Positions 26,697 to 36,765 are shown, counted from the stretch's first letter. The stretch is 64,000 nt of DNA from an uncultured Planctomycetales bacterium (GCA_964428315.1 CAYRXT010000012.1:562-64561); one strand, 5' to 3'. Numbers and translations: made by a program. The notes: generated from the sequence alone by a model not told the origin.

Positions 26697-27900
26697 GCTC
26701 ACTGAGCAGTGATCTGTACAAGGCGTGCGTCTCCCTGGCGACGTGGGCCCAGCTGAAGGACTTGAGGACGCGCCGGCGGCCGGCCTTGCCCATCCGGCGG
26801 CGCAGGGCCTTATCGTCGACGAGCTGGTTGATGGCCCGGGCCAGGTCCTTTTCAAAGGCCTTCGCGGATTCGGCCTTCATCTGGGCTGAGTCGCCGTTTT
26901 TCACCGGCACCAGAATGCCGGTCTCCCCGTCCGCCACGGCCTCTTTGATGCCTCCCACCGCGCTGGCCACCACGGGCGTTTCGCAAGCCATGGCCTCGAG
27001 GTTGATGATCCCGAAAGGCTCGTAGACAGACGGACAGCAGAAGACCGCGGCGTGGGAATACAGCGCGACCTTAGCCTGCAGGTCGATGATATTTTTGATC
27101 CAGATGATGCCGCCTCGGGCCTTTTCGACCGCCGCCACATGCTCTTCCATCTCGAGCAGGATCTGGGGGGTGTCGGCGGCGGAGGCGCAAAAGACGACCT
27201 GTATCTCCTCCTTAAGATAAGGGATCGCGTTCAAAAGATGGAAGATGCCTTTTTGCCGGGTGATCCGACCGACAAAGAGAACATAGGGGCGCGAAAGGTC
27301 AATGCCGAGGGATTCGATTGCCCGGGGCGACCGGGTCGGCGTATATTCTTTCGGGTCGATGCCGTTGTGAATGATATGGATTTTTTCCGGCGAGACTTGG
27401 AAATGGCCCAGGATGTCTTGACGGGTTTCCTCTGATACGGCCACGACGGCGTCGGCCATCTCAAGGGCGGTCTTTTCAACCCAGCAGCTGAAATCGTATC
27501 CTCCGCCGAGCTGTTCCCGTTTCCACGGCCGAAGCGGTTCCAGGGAATGCGTGGTGACGACCAGGGGAATAGAATAATTGAGTTTGGCCAGGATGCCGGC
27601 GAAATGGGTGTACCAGGTGTGGACGTGCACGATATCGGCGTCGATCCGGCTCATGTTGAATGCGTTATTTCTCTGGACGGCGTCGAACACGCTCTTCAAG
27701 GGTTTGGGAGCCGAGCCCTTGCGTCTGGAGGGCGGAAATCCCCTCACCTTAAGGGTTTTTTCGTGAACCTTCTGTTTGCCGAAACAGCGGACCTCGACCC
27801 TGCAGAGCTTGGCCAGCTCGCGGCTGAGATAAGACACGTGAATGCCAGCCCCGCCGTAGATATGGGGCGGATACTCGTTGGATAAAAGAAGGACTTTCAT
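26644..27900 (-). CDS. glgA: Actinobacterial-type GlgA/GlgM (GT4; alpha-maltose-1-phosphate synthase-like)
   Basis: EYPPHIYGGAGIHV, HVHTWY, HSLEPLRPWKREQLGGGY, FVGRITRQKG and YEPFGIINLEAMAC. Confidence 0.88.
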   Translation of the reverse strand: MKVLLLSNEYPPHIYGGAGIHVSYLSRELAKLCRVEVRCFGKQKVHEKTLKVRGFPPSRRKGSAPKPLKSVFDAVQRNNAFNMSRIDADIVHVHTWYTHFAGILAKLNYSIPLVVTTHSLEPLRPWKREQLGGGYDFSCWVEKTALEMADAVVAVSEETRQDILGHFQVSPEKIHIIHNGIDPKEYTPTRSPRAIESLGIDLSRPYVLFVGRITRQKGIFHLLNAIPYLKEEIQVVFCASAADTPQILLEMEEHVAAVEKARGGIIWIKNIIDLQAKVALYSHAAVFCCPSVYEPFGIINLEAMACETPVVASAVGGIKEAVADGETGILVPVKNGDSAQMKAESAKAFEKDLARAINQLVDDKALRRRMGKAGRRRVLKSFSWAHVARETHALYRSLLSELTASKDKSISSANRRRP

Positions 27901-28103
27901 ATTCGGGGTCCCGCAGCTTGAATGCTATTTTATAATAAAATATTCCGGCTGTCCCAAAGTATTTTGTCAAACTTCCGGAAAATGAGAGAATAATGCGAGT
28001 AAGGGGAGGGGCTTATGTGAACGAAGAAATCCCTTGTTGTTCAATAAAGGAAGACCTAAAATAAACACAACATTCGACGAAGCCATTAGGACGGGAGGTG
28101 AGC

Positions 28104-28307
28104 ATGGCGTTCCTGCAATGGGTCAACACAAAGATCAGCAAAATGACGTATTGGGATATCGGCATTCTCAAGCTGTGCCTGGTCGCCTTTACGCTCATGA
28201 TCGCGAGTCTTTTTCCACGTCTGACGCAGGTGTCCTGGCCCTGGTACGGCGCGGTGTTTTTCGTGAGTTATCTCTATTTGATGTATAAATTATTCATTAA
28301 GAATTGA
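28104..28307 (+). CDS. Small two-TM membrane protein
   Basis: GGAGGTG RBS; MAFLQWVNTKISKMTYWDIGILKL followed by hydrophobic segments. Confidence 0.65.
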   Translation: MAFLQWVNTKISKMTYWDIGILKLCLVAFTLMIASLFPRLTQVSWPWYGAVFFVSYLYLMYKLFIKN

Positions 28308-28322
28308 CCGGGACAAAAGGCC

Positions 28323-28835
28323 ATGCACGTGTCCGCGCACTTTACCTGCAATTTGACCATTCTGGTCCTCGGCGTTTCTCTTGTCCTGGCTTTGGTCTGG
28401 GTGATGCTTCTGCGCAGATCCCTGCGACGGGAGAGGCGCCGGCAGTTTTTCCCCTTTCTTGGCATGTATTTTGACGACGGTCTTATGGGTTTCTATCTCG
28501 TTAATGAAAGTCAGCATCCGGCCCGGTCTGTCGTGATCGAGGATATCCCCGTGACTGTGGATTACGGGTTCAAGAAGCACCTGCTTCTGAAGTTCGAGGC
28601 CATCGATCTGCTCAAACCGGGTGAGACGATGAAACTGGATTACCGGGTCTGGGAAGGCGACGCCCCTTTTGCGGAGGGCGTCTCGGAGGATCTGGCCGGC
28701 CAGCTGACGGCCTCACTCCAGGAGGTGAGGATTCATTACCGCAATTTGAGCCGCGCCGGTTTTCGCGCCGTCCTTTCCAAACAGGGAAAACGTCTGGTCA
28801 TCGACCGTATCATTCCCGATAAACAAGACAATTGA
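28323..28835 (+). CDS. Membrane-anchored hypothetical protein
   Basis: N-terminal TM followed by a soluble domain; 170 aa. Confidence 0.65.
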   Translation: MHVSAHFTCNLTILVLGVSLVLALVWVMLLRRSLRRERRRQFFPFLGMYFDDGLMGFYLVNESQHPARSVVIEDIPVTVDYGFKKHLLLKFEAIDLLKPGETMKLDYRVWEGDAPFAEGVSEDLAGQLTASLQEVRIHYRNLSRAGFRAVLSKQGKRLVIDRIIPDKQDN

Positions 28836-28916
28836 CAACAGGAGTGTGTCCCGTGACGGACATGGTCTGTCTGCGCGGATACCCAAGTATGGGGGGCTTT
28901 ATCAGCAGCCGTTATC

Positions 28917-30761
28917 TTGAGAAAACAGACACTTGAAAGAACCGTTATCCTTTGCTTAAGCCTCCTTGTCTCCTATCTGGTCGGTGTGGCGTGGCGCATG
29001 GAGGTGAACTATTTCGACAGTTACAGCATTCTCATCAACGCACGCATTTTGGCCCACGGGACGAACCTGCCGTATGCCTGGATCCGCCCGCCGCTTCTGC
29101 CGGCCTTGCTGATACCTTTCTTTCTGATTGAGAACATGACGGGCCTGCCGGAATTTGGCTATACGGCCGCGCATCTTTTCATGGCGGGGATATTCGCGGT
29201 TTTTGTCTATATGGCCAAGGAGTTCTTTGTTCTCTTCCTGGAGAGGCCCTGGCCGTGGATCACCGCGGGGTTGTTGTCGCTCAATCCTGTCCTCGTTCAC
29301 CAGGCTCCCTTTATTAAAGAAGATCTGCTGGCGGCGTTTCTGGCAGCGGCGGCCTTGTTCTCTTTCCTGCGCTGGAAACAAAAAGGGGGGGGCGTCCGTC
29401 TTTGCGCGACCAGCTCCTTGATCGCGTTTTCTCTCTTGGCCCGTTATAACATCGCGCCGGTCCTTTTTTTCCTGGTCGTTGTCTTTACACTTATCCCGCG
29501 GCAGAGGCCTCTGCCCTGGAGAGAGCTCTGGCAGGTTCTCGTCTTTCTCATCATTATCCCGGCGGGGATTTTCGCCGGGACGCAGGTTTTCATTTATGCG
29601 GCACTGGATATCGCGCCGCTTCACCGGGCGCCGGCGCAGGCCTGGACCGACCTCAGGCATTTTTTCATGACGACGCGGACGTCCGAATCCCCCCTTGAGA
29701 ATTTCGGGTTTCTTTTCTATTCGGTTTCCTGGCCGCTGTGCCTCAGCGCGTTATACGGGGCCGTTGTGGCCCTGCGGCACAAGGCGCGCGGGGCGGTCTT
29801 CTGCGGGTTGTGGTTCCTCGCCGTTTTCTTGCTTCAAACATATTTTTTCGGCCATAAGGAGGCCAGGTACCTGATGCCCGGGCTCATACCGTTGTATTTT
29901 TTTGCGGTATTGGGTTTGAAATCCTTCATGGAGATAATGGGGCAAAAGAATGTCCGCGGCTGTTTTCGCGCGGTGTTCTTTATCGCGCTGTTGATGATTC
30001 CCCTTAACAATGCCCTGCGCGAGTGCGCGAAATTCCTCGACCCATTCTACGCGAAACCGGCCGCGGAAAATGTCAGCCTCATGGCCCGGCAGGTCGCCGG
30101 GCCCGGGAAAGCTGTCTACTGGGTGGGGGAAGGGTATCCTCTTGTCCCCGCTGATTATGCTTTCCTGCCTGCCGACGATTACGGTTACATTTATCATCTG
30201 GATACCAATGCCCTCATGTATTATCTCGGAGAGAAGGTCCAGGGGTTCAGGGGGGCGTTCTTTTTTCCGTCATCCCTGGAGGCGCAGGCGCGGCCAAGGG
30301 TGTCAGGACAGAGCCTGAAACGGCACGGGATATTTGTACGGGGCGTCAAAAATTACGTGGACGATGGCGATGTCCTGGTGGTGAACATCGAGCCGCGGCC
30401 CTACACGGCGGCAACCCGGCCCAAGACCCTCGATCCGCTTTATATCCAGAAGGTCCGCCGTCTTTCATTCAGTCTGTCGAAAGGGCCGGTTGGCCGGTCT
30501 CTGGTATTTGCCTCTGATGCCGGCGGAGGGGCGGTCTTTCTGTCAAAAAAAAGAAACGGTTTCCAGCTTCGGGTCGAAGGACTGCCGGAAGGCTATTATG
30601 AGCCTTATCTGCGTGTGCCCGGAAGTAAGAATGATCCGAGCTTCCGTCCGTTTTCCGTTAAAGACGGCGTGGGACAGGCCTTTTTCGCGCATCCACTTCC
30701 CGGGGACGTGGGACGCGTCATCCTCCTCACGTACGATCTCGTCCGGGCGTATTTTCCTTAA
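28917..30761 (+). CDS. GT-C membrane glycosyltransferase with soluble C-terminal domain
   Basis: YFDSY, RPPLLP, LARY and HKEARYLMP motifs; multiple TM segments. Confidence 0.78.
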   Translation: MRKQTLERTVILCLSLLVSYLVGVAWRMEVNYFDSYSILINARILAHGTNLPYAWIRPPLLPALLIPFFLIENMTGLPEFGYTAAHLFMAGIFAVFVYMAKEFFVLFLERPWPWITAGLLSLNPVLVHQAPFIKEDLLAAFLAAAALFSFLRWKQKGGGVRLCATSSLIAFSLLARYNIAPVLFFLVVVFTLIPRQRPLPWRELWQVLVFLIIIPAGIFAGTQVFIYAALDIAPLHRAPAQAWTDLRHFFMTTRTSESPLENFGFLFYSVSWPLCLSALYGAVVALRHKARGAVFCGLWFLAVFLLQTYFFGHKEARYLMPGLIPLYFFAVLGLKSFMEIMGQKNVRGCFRAVFFIALLMIPLNNALRECAKFLDPFYAKPAAENVSLMARQVAGPGKAVYWVGEGYPLVPADYAFLPADDYGYIYHLDTNALMYYLGEKVQGFRGAFFFPSSLEAQARPRVSGQSLKRHGIFVRGVKNYVDDGDVLVVNIEPRPYTAATRPKTLDPLYIQKVRRLSFSLSKGPVGRSLVFASDAGGGAVFLSKKRNGFQLRVEGLPEGYYEPYLRVPGSKNDPSFRPFSVKDGVGQAFFAHPLPGDVGRVILLTYDLVRAYFP

Positions 30762-30984
30762 GCCTCGTTAATAGAATCTGTGGGTGCCTAAATAGCCAAA
30801 CATGGCTTAAGTCATTGATAATAAACAACTTGCCAATAAATAAACCTCTGAATTTTTTGAGTTCAGATTCAAGAATAGCCGTAGGGGCCGTGGGATCTGT
30901 GGGAAACCTTCGAGAGTTTCGGTTTTCCACAGATTCCATGGCCCATTTTAGTCGATTATTACCCACAGATTCTGAGAAAGAGCC
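30762..30984. mobile_element. 223-bp MITE (non-autonomous IS derivative)
   Basis: 24-bp terminal inverted repeats at 30762-30785 and 30961-30984 (19/24 match, perfect 13-bp core AGAATCTGTGGGT), flanked by the 8-bp direct repeat TTCCTTAA (30754-30761 and 30985-30992). AT-rich, with no transposase. Confidence 0.85.
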
Positions 30985-31086
30985 TTCCTTAAATATGTTT
31001 CGCACCGGCTCTTTTCCGTTTAACGCATTCCGGATCCCGCCGACGATTCCGGCAACGGTATCTTTGCGGGGTATGAGGGAACCTTA

Positions 31087-32646
31087 TTACGGCACGGGTG
31101 GTTTTTTTACGGGGGGATTCTTTACTTTGGGCAGGACACAGAAGATCCCGTAAAGGATAAAGGGAATCAAATAGAGGACTGCCATCTTGACCGCCACTAC
31201 GGGATCGAAGGATTTGTATTTTTGCAGGACTTGCGCGGGAAGGGCCTGCGCCGTGTGTGTGGCCCGGGTCAGGAGGTAGATGACATAAAGCGGTCCCGCC
31301 TTGAAAACCGCCTTGGCCATTTCCGCGGGATGGAAGAGAAGGGTTTTCCAGATCTCGGCCTGATAGGTGTTGTTCGACCAGTCATGAACGCCGAAGTACT
31401 GTTCGGTCAGGGTCATGGTCAGGTTAGTGGCGTTGCCTTCGAAAGCGAGCATTGACATCATCGGCAGGATCGCCAGCGTAATCATCACCCGCCGCAGCAC
31501 AGGTTTACTTTCCACGGATTGAAGAAGGGCGCAGAAAGGATAGACCACAAGGGGGATGGCGGCCGCGAGGATATACCGGTAACCGTACCATCCGCCCTGA
31601 GTCCGGTACATAATAATGCCGTAAAGATTGAATACAAGCGGAATAAGAAGGACCAAAAGATATCTTTTAAGGGGAGAGCGCGGTATAAAGAAAAGATAGC
31701 CAAGCCCGATAAGAAGGAAAGGCGCCGTGAAGACAAGCCCCCAGTCTATGCCGATGAGGATGTGCGCAAGACGCCGGATATAGAACAGGGGTTCTTTGAT
31801 CATGTAAAACTGGGAGATCAGTCTGGAAGCGTATCCTTCGGTATAAGTATACATTGAAGGCCAGATTTTGAAGACCAAGATTAGGGTGAAGGCCACTGCG
31901 AAGACGGCGCCCAGACCCTGTAGGACCATGCCGCGGTTCCGCCCGCGGTTTTTCTGGATCAGGAGGACCACGGGCCAGAAGACGGCAAGGGCGATGTTAT
32001 TGAGCCTCACCAGGACCGTCAGGCCGCTGAGGATGCCCACAAGGACCGCGTAGCCTGATCCGATTCCGGAAGACACCCGGTTTTTCTTGATCTCGGCGAA
32101 GTTTTTAAGAAGAAGGAACACGAAAACGCATTGTATGAAGAATTCATAAATATGGGAGAACAGCGGACGCCTGAAAGCAAAAAGCGGCAGGCCCTGTGCA
32201 AGGACCATCAGGATGACGCACAGCGCGGCATGCTTTCGGGAGAAGTGGAAACCGAGGCCTTCAAAGAGCAGGAAACACCCCAGCCAGAAATAGACCACGG
32301 AGGATACGATGAACCCGAATTCGGTGAAACTGAGCATGGTATTTTTTTTCGTCCGCTCTTCAAAGATGCCGGGATTCCCGATCCGGTCGAACTGGGAAAA
32401 AGCCAGGACAAAGGGCGAGGCCATGAGGCCGGCCCCGATGGAGCATTCCGGACCGTCGGCGCGGTAGCCTTTCTCGGCGAAGGCCATCTCTTTGTCGTAT
32501 GAAGGAAATTCCCCGAAGACCAGGGCCGTGGAATGCGCCAGATAATCGTAATCGTCGTGGGTGTACATCAGGCCGTTGTACTGAAGCTTGTACGGCCGAA
32601 GGAGGAGGAAGAGACAAAGAAAAAAGAAGAGGGTGATTCTTTTCAC
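31087..32646 (-). CDS. GT-C-like polytopic membrane protein
   Basis: Acidic first loop THDDYDY, GLVFTAP, GGWYGYRY; multiple TM segments. Confidence 0.72.
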   Translation of the reverse strand: MKRITLFFFLCLFLLLRPYKLQYNGLMYTHDDYDYLAHSTALVFGEFPSYDKEMAFAEKGYRADGPECSIGAGLMASPFVLAFSQFDRIGNPGIFEERTKKNTMLSFTEFGFIVSSVVYFWLGCFLLFEGLGFHFSRKHAALCVILMVLAQGLPLFAFRRPLFSHIYEFFIQCVFVFLLLKNFAEIKKNRVSSGIGSGYAVLVGILSGLTVLVRLNNIALAVFWPVVLLIQKNRGRNRGMVLQGLGAVFAVAFTLILVFKIWPSMYTYTEGYASRLISQFYMIKEPLFYIRRLAHILIGIDWGLVFTAPFLLIGLGYLFFIPRSPLKRYLLVLLIPLVFNLYGIIMYRTQGGWYGYRYILAAAIPLVVYPFCALLQSVESKPVLRRVMITLAILPMMSMLAFEGNATNLTMTLTEQYFGVHDWSNNTYQAEIWKTLLFHPAEMAKAVFKAGPLYVIYLLTRATHTAQALPAQVLQKYKSFDPVVAVKMAVLYLIPFILYGIFCVLPKVKNPPVKKPPVP

Positions 32647-32723
32647 TTAAACCGTCATGATCCTGTTTGTCCGGTGTTTGGTGACCATCATAACATAAAT
32701 TAAGCTTGAGTTGGGCGAAAATA

Positions 32724-32760
32724 TTTAGGTCTGTGATTTGAGTCTGTCTTTGAGTCTGTC
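32724..32760. repeat. Short tandem direct repeat in a divergent intergenic region
   Basis: TTTGAGTCTGTC twice (32737-32760), preceded by the degenerate copy TTTAGGTCTGTG. Confidence 0.6.
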
Positions 32761-33001
32761 ATTTAAGCCCTATATTTCCGTGATGGTTCAAAGAGCGCTC
32801 CCGTACTTCCCGTCCTGGATGTCCAGGCATCCCGGCGGAGTGGGCAGGTCCCGAAAACGTAATGGGTTCCTTGTTATACAATAAACGCCCCTTCAATCTT
32901 CACATGCAATTTTCTCTTCTCCCTCAATTTTCCCTTGCCTTTCTTTGACTAAAGAGATAACATACATTCTCGTTTTGGATTATGAATCAAGGAGGATGAA
33001 A

Positions 33002-35494
33002 ATGCCTGACCTCGATAGATTATTTCGTATCCGTCCCCGCATTGTGCTTGTCATGTGGTTCCTCTCGTTATGCGCTGTTTGTTTGAAGGCGGAAGCCTTT
33101 GAAAACATTGAATATATCGGCCAGTTTTCGCCGTCATTATCCAGTCCCGTTGATATCGCCCTCCTGGATAACCAGGAGATTATCATCCTTGATGAACAAG
33201 ACGCGAGGATCATCTTCCTGGATCCCCAGGGGCAGACAATGCGCATTATCGGGGCCCGGGGATCCCGAACGGGGCAGTTCCGCAGGCCCCGCTCATTAGC
33301 CGTTTCACCGCGGGGCACGATCATTGTGGCCGATACCGGCAACGACAGGATCCAGGTCTTCGATACCAAGGGTGATTTCCTTTTCGCTTTCGGGAACAGC
33401 GGTTCCCGCAGCGGTGAATTCAGCGGGCCTGCGGGAGTGGCCGTGGACCCGGACGGCTACATCTATGTTGCGGATTATGGCAACAAGAGGATTCAAAGTT
33501 TCACGCCCCGCGGGGTCTTTATCAGCGCCTTGGCGACCGATGAGCGGCCGCTTGATATTGAACTGGACTTGCAGAAAAATATTTATGTCCTGCAGCCGGA
33601 AACCGGCGTCATCGCGGTCTATTCTCCCGACGGGGAAAAGAAGGAGGCCGTATCTTTTAAGACGAAAGGCCGTAATTTCGTCAAAAGGGGCAGGGCCATC
33701 GCCGTCGACCGGCGCGGGGATCTTTACATGACCGAGAGGGGCGAGCATAGCGTCAAAAAGACGGACGGGCAGAACCTTCTTCTGTCTTTCGGCTCACAGG
33801 GAGAAGGCCGGGGGCAGTTCGAAGATCCCGCCGGCCTGGCCGTGGACAAGACGGACAGGATTTTTGTGGCCGACGCCGCCAACCAACGCATTCAGGTGTT
33901 CAAGGTCAGCGGGACGCAAAAGAAGCCCTTAGAGACCGGAGCCGCGCTGGAAATGCCCGTCATTGAATTCGCTTCGGTCATTCCTTCGGGTGAGGGGATT
34001 GCCGACCTCTTCTATCAACCGGGAAAAGGTCTCTTTGCCTTGTCGGATGAGCGCGACGCCGTCTTAAGCTTTGATGCCGACCGCAAGGTCTTCGGCCGGG
34101 AGGGCCGTGAATCGGGAGAATTCCGCGGTCCGGAGGCCTTATTTGTGGATCACGAGGGAAGACTATTTGTCGCGGACAGCCAAAACCAGCGTGTCCAGAT
34201 TTTGTCTCCGGAAGGCCGTCCTCTTCATGCGTTCGGGACGGGCGGAGACCTGAATGGCCAGTTCCGCTATCCCAGAGGGATAGCGGTCAATTCGAGAGAA
34301 AGGATTTATGTCGCGGACACCTTAAACGACAGGATCCAGATTTTCAGCAAAGACGGTATTTTTCTTAAAGCCTTCGGCGATGAACTGCTACCCGGTGGAG
34401 AAAAGACCCTTCAGTCGCCCGAAGCCCTGGCCGTCGATTCGCGTGACCGGATTTATGCCGTGGATACCGAACATCACCAAATATCGGTGTTTGACGAGCT
34501 CGGTACGAGGCTGATGGTCTTGGGCAAACGCGGGGGAGGCCCGGGAGAATTCAATCAGCCGGTGGACGTGGCGGTGGACGAAAAGGACTTCCTTTATGTC
34601 GCCGACCGGGGGAACAACCGGGTCCAGGTTTTTGACCCGCGGGGACGCTGGCTGTTCGCTTTCGGTGCCTATGGCCAGGGGCCGAGCTTTTTCCCGTCCC
34701 TGTCGGGGGTTGAAGCCGCTTCTGGCAAGATCTATGTAGCCAATGAAGGAATGGAACAGATCAAGGTCTTTGATTTTGAACGGGAAAAGTTCGGATTAAC
34801 CGGTTCGACGGATCAAGAGGTTGTGCCCCTGGGGAAAAAGACGGAAGGGGATGCGAACGAGACAACGGCTGCAGTTCACGAGAAGAAAGTCCCCGAAAAG
34901 GATGTCCCCAGTACAGAGGATCCAGTTCAGGAAGAGAAAGCATCCGTAGCCGTAGAGCCCGAGGTTAAAGAAAAGGCCCGGCGGCAATCCGTTCAGTCAG
35001 AAAATGAAACGGAAAAAGCAACGGAAAAAGTGTCAGAAAAGAAAGCGGAAAAAGTAATGGAAGAAGAAGCGGCAAACGAAGCGGAAAAAGAAACGGACGC
35101 GTCTCTGGCCGCGGAAGACGATATCCGAAGAGTGCTGGATGAAACCCGTGTTTATGTCACCAAGACTTTTTACCTCCCGCCAAGCGGTTCCCCTCCCGCG
35201 GATGCCATAATGCAGAAAGTCCGGCTCCTTACGACGAACGAAGCCCTGAAGACCCTGGCCGAGAAGACGGGCATGCCCATAGAGAAAGTGAAAAACTACG
35301 CTAAGGTCGAACATGAGGAAATGGACGATGGCGGCACGTTCAAGCTGACCTTGAGCGTTCCCAAGGATCTGAGGGAGAAAGAGCACAGATCTTCCGGACC
35401 CGAGAAGAGAAGGAAGGCCGGGAATTCGCCGCAGGAAGACGATGTCCTGTCCCAAGACGGTCCGCCGTCCGTCGGAACGCGGCTGACCCCTTAG
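33002..35494 (+). CDS. Secreted NHL-repeat (double beta-propeller) protein
   Basis: AGGAGG RBS, signal peptide, many GxFxxPxGxAVD..IYVADxxNxRIQVF repeats, E/K-rich linker and a C-terminal domain. Confidence 0.9.
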   Translation: MPDLDRLFRIRPRIVLVMWFLSLCAVCLKAEAFENIEYIGQFSPSLSSPVDIALLDNQEIIILDEQDARIIFLDPQGQTMRIIGARGSRTGQFRRPRSLAVSPRGTIIVADTGNDRIQVFDTKGDFLFAFGNSGSRSGEFSGPAGVAVDPDGYIYVADYGNKRIQSFTPRGVFISALATDERPLDIELDLQKNIYVLQPETGVIAVYSPDGEKKEAVSFKTKGRNFVKRGRAIAVDRRGDLYMTERGEHSVKKTDGQNLLLSFGSQGEGRGQFEDPAGLAVDKTDRIFVADAANQRIQVFKVSGTQKKPLETGAALEMPVIEFASVIPSGEGIADLFYQPGKGLFALSDERDAVLSFDADRKVFGREGRESGEFRGPEALFVDHEGRLFVADSQNQRVQILSPEGRPLHAFGTGGDLNGQFRYPRGIAVNSRERIYVADTLNDRIQIFSKDGIFLKAFGDELLPGGEKTLQSPEALAVDSRDRIYAVDTEHHQISVFDELGTRLMVLGKRGGGPGEFNQPVDVAVDEKDFLYVADRGNNRVQVFDPRGRWLFAFGAYGQGPSFFPSLSGVEAASGKIYVANEGMEQIKVFDFEREKFGLTGSTDQEVVPLGKKTEGDANETTAAVHEKKVPEKDVPSTEDPVQEEKASVAVEPEVKEKARRQSVQSENETEKATEKVSEKKAEKVMEEEAANEAEKETDASLAAEDDIRRVLDETRVYVTKTFYLPPSGSPPADAIMQKVRLLTTNEALKTLAEKTGMPIEKVKNYAKVEHEEMDDGGTFKLTLSVPKDLREKEHRSSGPEKRRKAGNSPQEDDVLSQDGPPSVGTRLTP

Positions 35495-35676
35495 TTTTGC
35501 GTCTTAAGAATCCATTACACCGTGGAAACCCGTAAAAGCCATATGTCCGCTGGCGGGTGGTGCGGGCTGCTTTGATGTCCGGCCCGTGAAGCCGCGTGAA
35601 CATAGTCCTGTTGACGATCGGCCGTCCTATTCCGTATCCCGGATTGCCGGCAGGAGAACATTGTCGGAATAAAACC

Positions 35677-36765
35677 ATGAAACCTCAGACGACACAACTT
35701 CGGGACAAAACCGCGATTCTTGCCATCGGCGATAAAAGCGATTTTGACTCCTTCCAGAAGCTGCAATTCAATAAGCGGGATTTCCGCCGGTGCGGATTTA
35801 TTTATCATTCCACTGATTACGAACGCGTCATGAACGGAGTCCTGCCTTCAATCGGGCCGGAAAGGATCGTCATCTTCCTGTTTTTTCCCTTCACTTACTG
35901 GAATGATCATATCGAACACAAGAACTATCGCGGCGTGTACGGGAACCGCACGTTCCACCGGAAATTTGTCCGGTTCTGGAAAGCGGTCGAGGATAAGATC
36001 CGCAGACAATATGCCCACAAGCGGATCTTTTTCATAAACCGCCCCCATTTGTGTGCGGCCTACCGTGACAAACTTAACGTCATCAACACCCTCAGAGAGG
36101 AGAAGATCCCTCAGCCCACCGTTTATGACTATACGTATCACGATATCCGCCGGAATCTGACCAACGGCCAGCGCTATTATCTGAAGCCGCGTTTCGGCTC
36201 CATGGGCAAGGGCATTACGTTTCTCAGCCGGAAGATATGGAAAACGAATTTTATTTATCAGAAGAACCGCATCGTCAGCCTGAAGTCCGATTACGGGTGG
36301 CGTTTTGAGGACATCACCGGAAATGATAATTTCCTGAAGGCCCTCTTGGGCAAAGATATTATCGTCGAGCGCGGCATGAACCACTTCCGGTTCAACGGAG
36401 ACATCGTGGATTTGAGGGTCTATGTATTTCTCAATGAAGTGATCTTTATTTATCCCCGCCGTAACAGGGCCGACCGGGTGACCACGAATATTTCCCAGGG
36501 CGGACGCGGGGCGCCGCGTCTGGTGCGCAAGCTCCCCAGGGATCTTCTCGAAAAGACGCGCCGCGAAGCGCGCAGGACGACCACCTCACTGGACATCGGT
36601 TTCGTGGGCATGGACATTATCCCTGACCCGGTTACGCGCACCGCCTATGTGATTGACGTCAATCTCTTTGCCGGTTTTCCACGCCGGCAGACCTTCAACA
36701 TGGCCCGCCACCTGGCCGAATCCCTGCGCCGGGAAATCAAATCCGGCCGCCTGCGCTTTACCTGA
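35677..36765 (+). CDS. ATP-grasp protein (RimK/YheCD-like)
   Basis: RDKL, LKPRFGSMGKGI, DLRVYV, TTNISQGG, GMDII and IDVN. Confidence 0.8.
   Translation: MKPQTTQLRDKTAILAIGDKSDFDSFQKLQFNKRDFRRCGFIYHSTDYERVMNGVLPSIGPERIVIFLFFPFTYWNDHIEHKNYRGVYGNRTFHRKFVRFWKAVEDKIRRQYAHKRIFFINRPHLCAAYRDKLNVINTLREEKIPQPTVYDYTYHDIRRNLTNGQRYYLKPRFGSMGKGITFLSRKIWKTNFIYQKNRIVSLKSDYGWRFEDITGNDNFLKALLGKDIIVERGMNHFRFNGDIVDLRVYVFLNEVIFIYPRRNRADRVTTNISQGGRGAPRLVRKLPRDLLEKTRREARRTTTSLDIGFVGMDIIPDPVTRTAYVIDVNLFAGFPRRQTFNMARHLAESLRREIKSGRLRFT

Noticed and set aside
30762-30992. CRISPR array or protein-coding ORFs (30727..31005, 30815..31153)
   Set aside because: The repeats are inverted, not regularly spaced direct repeats, and the ORFs lack motifs; a MITE explains the region.
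34990-35100. DNA tandem repeat / VNTR
   Set aside because: The periodicity is degenerate and explained by a Glu/Lys-rich protein linker.
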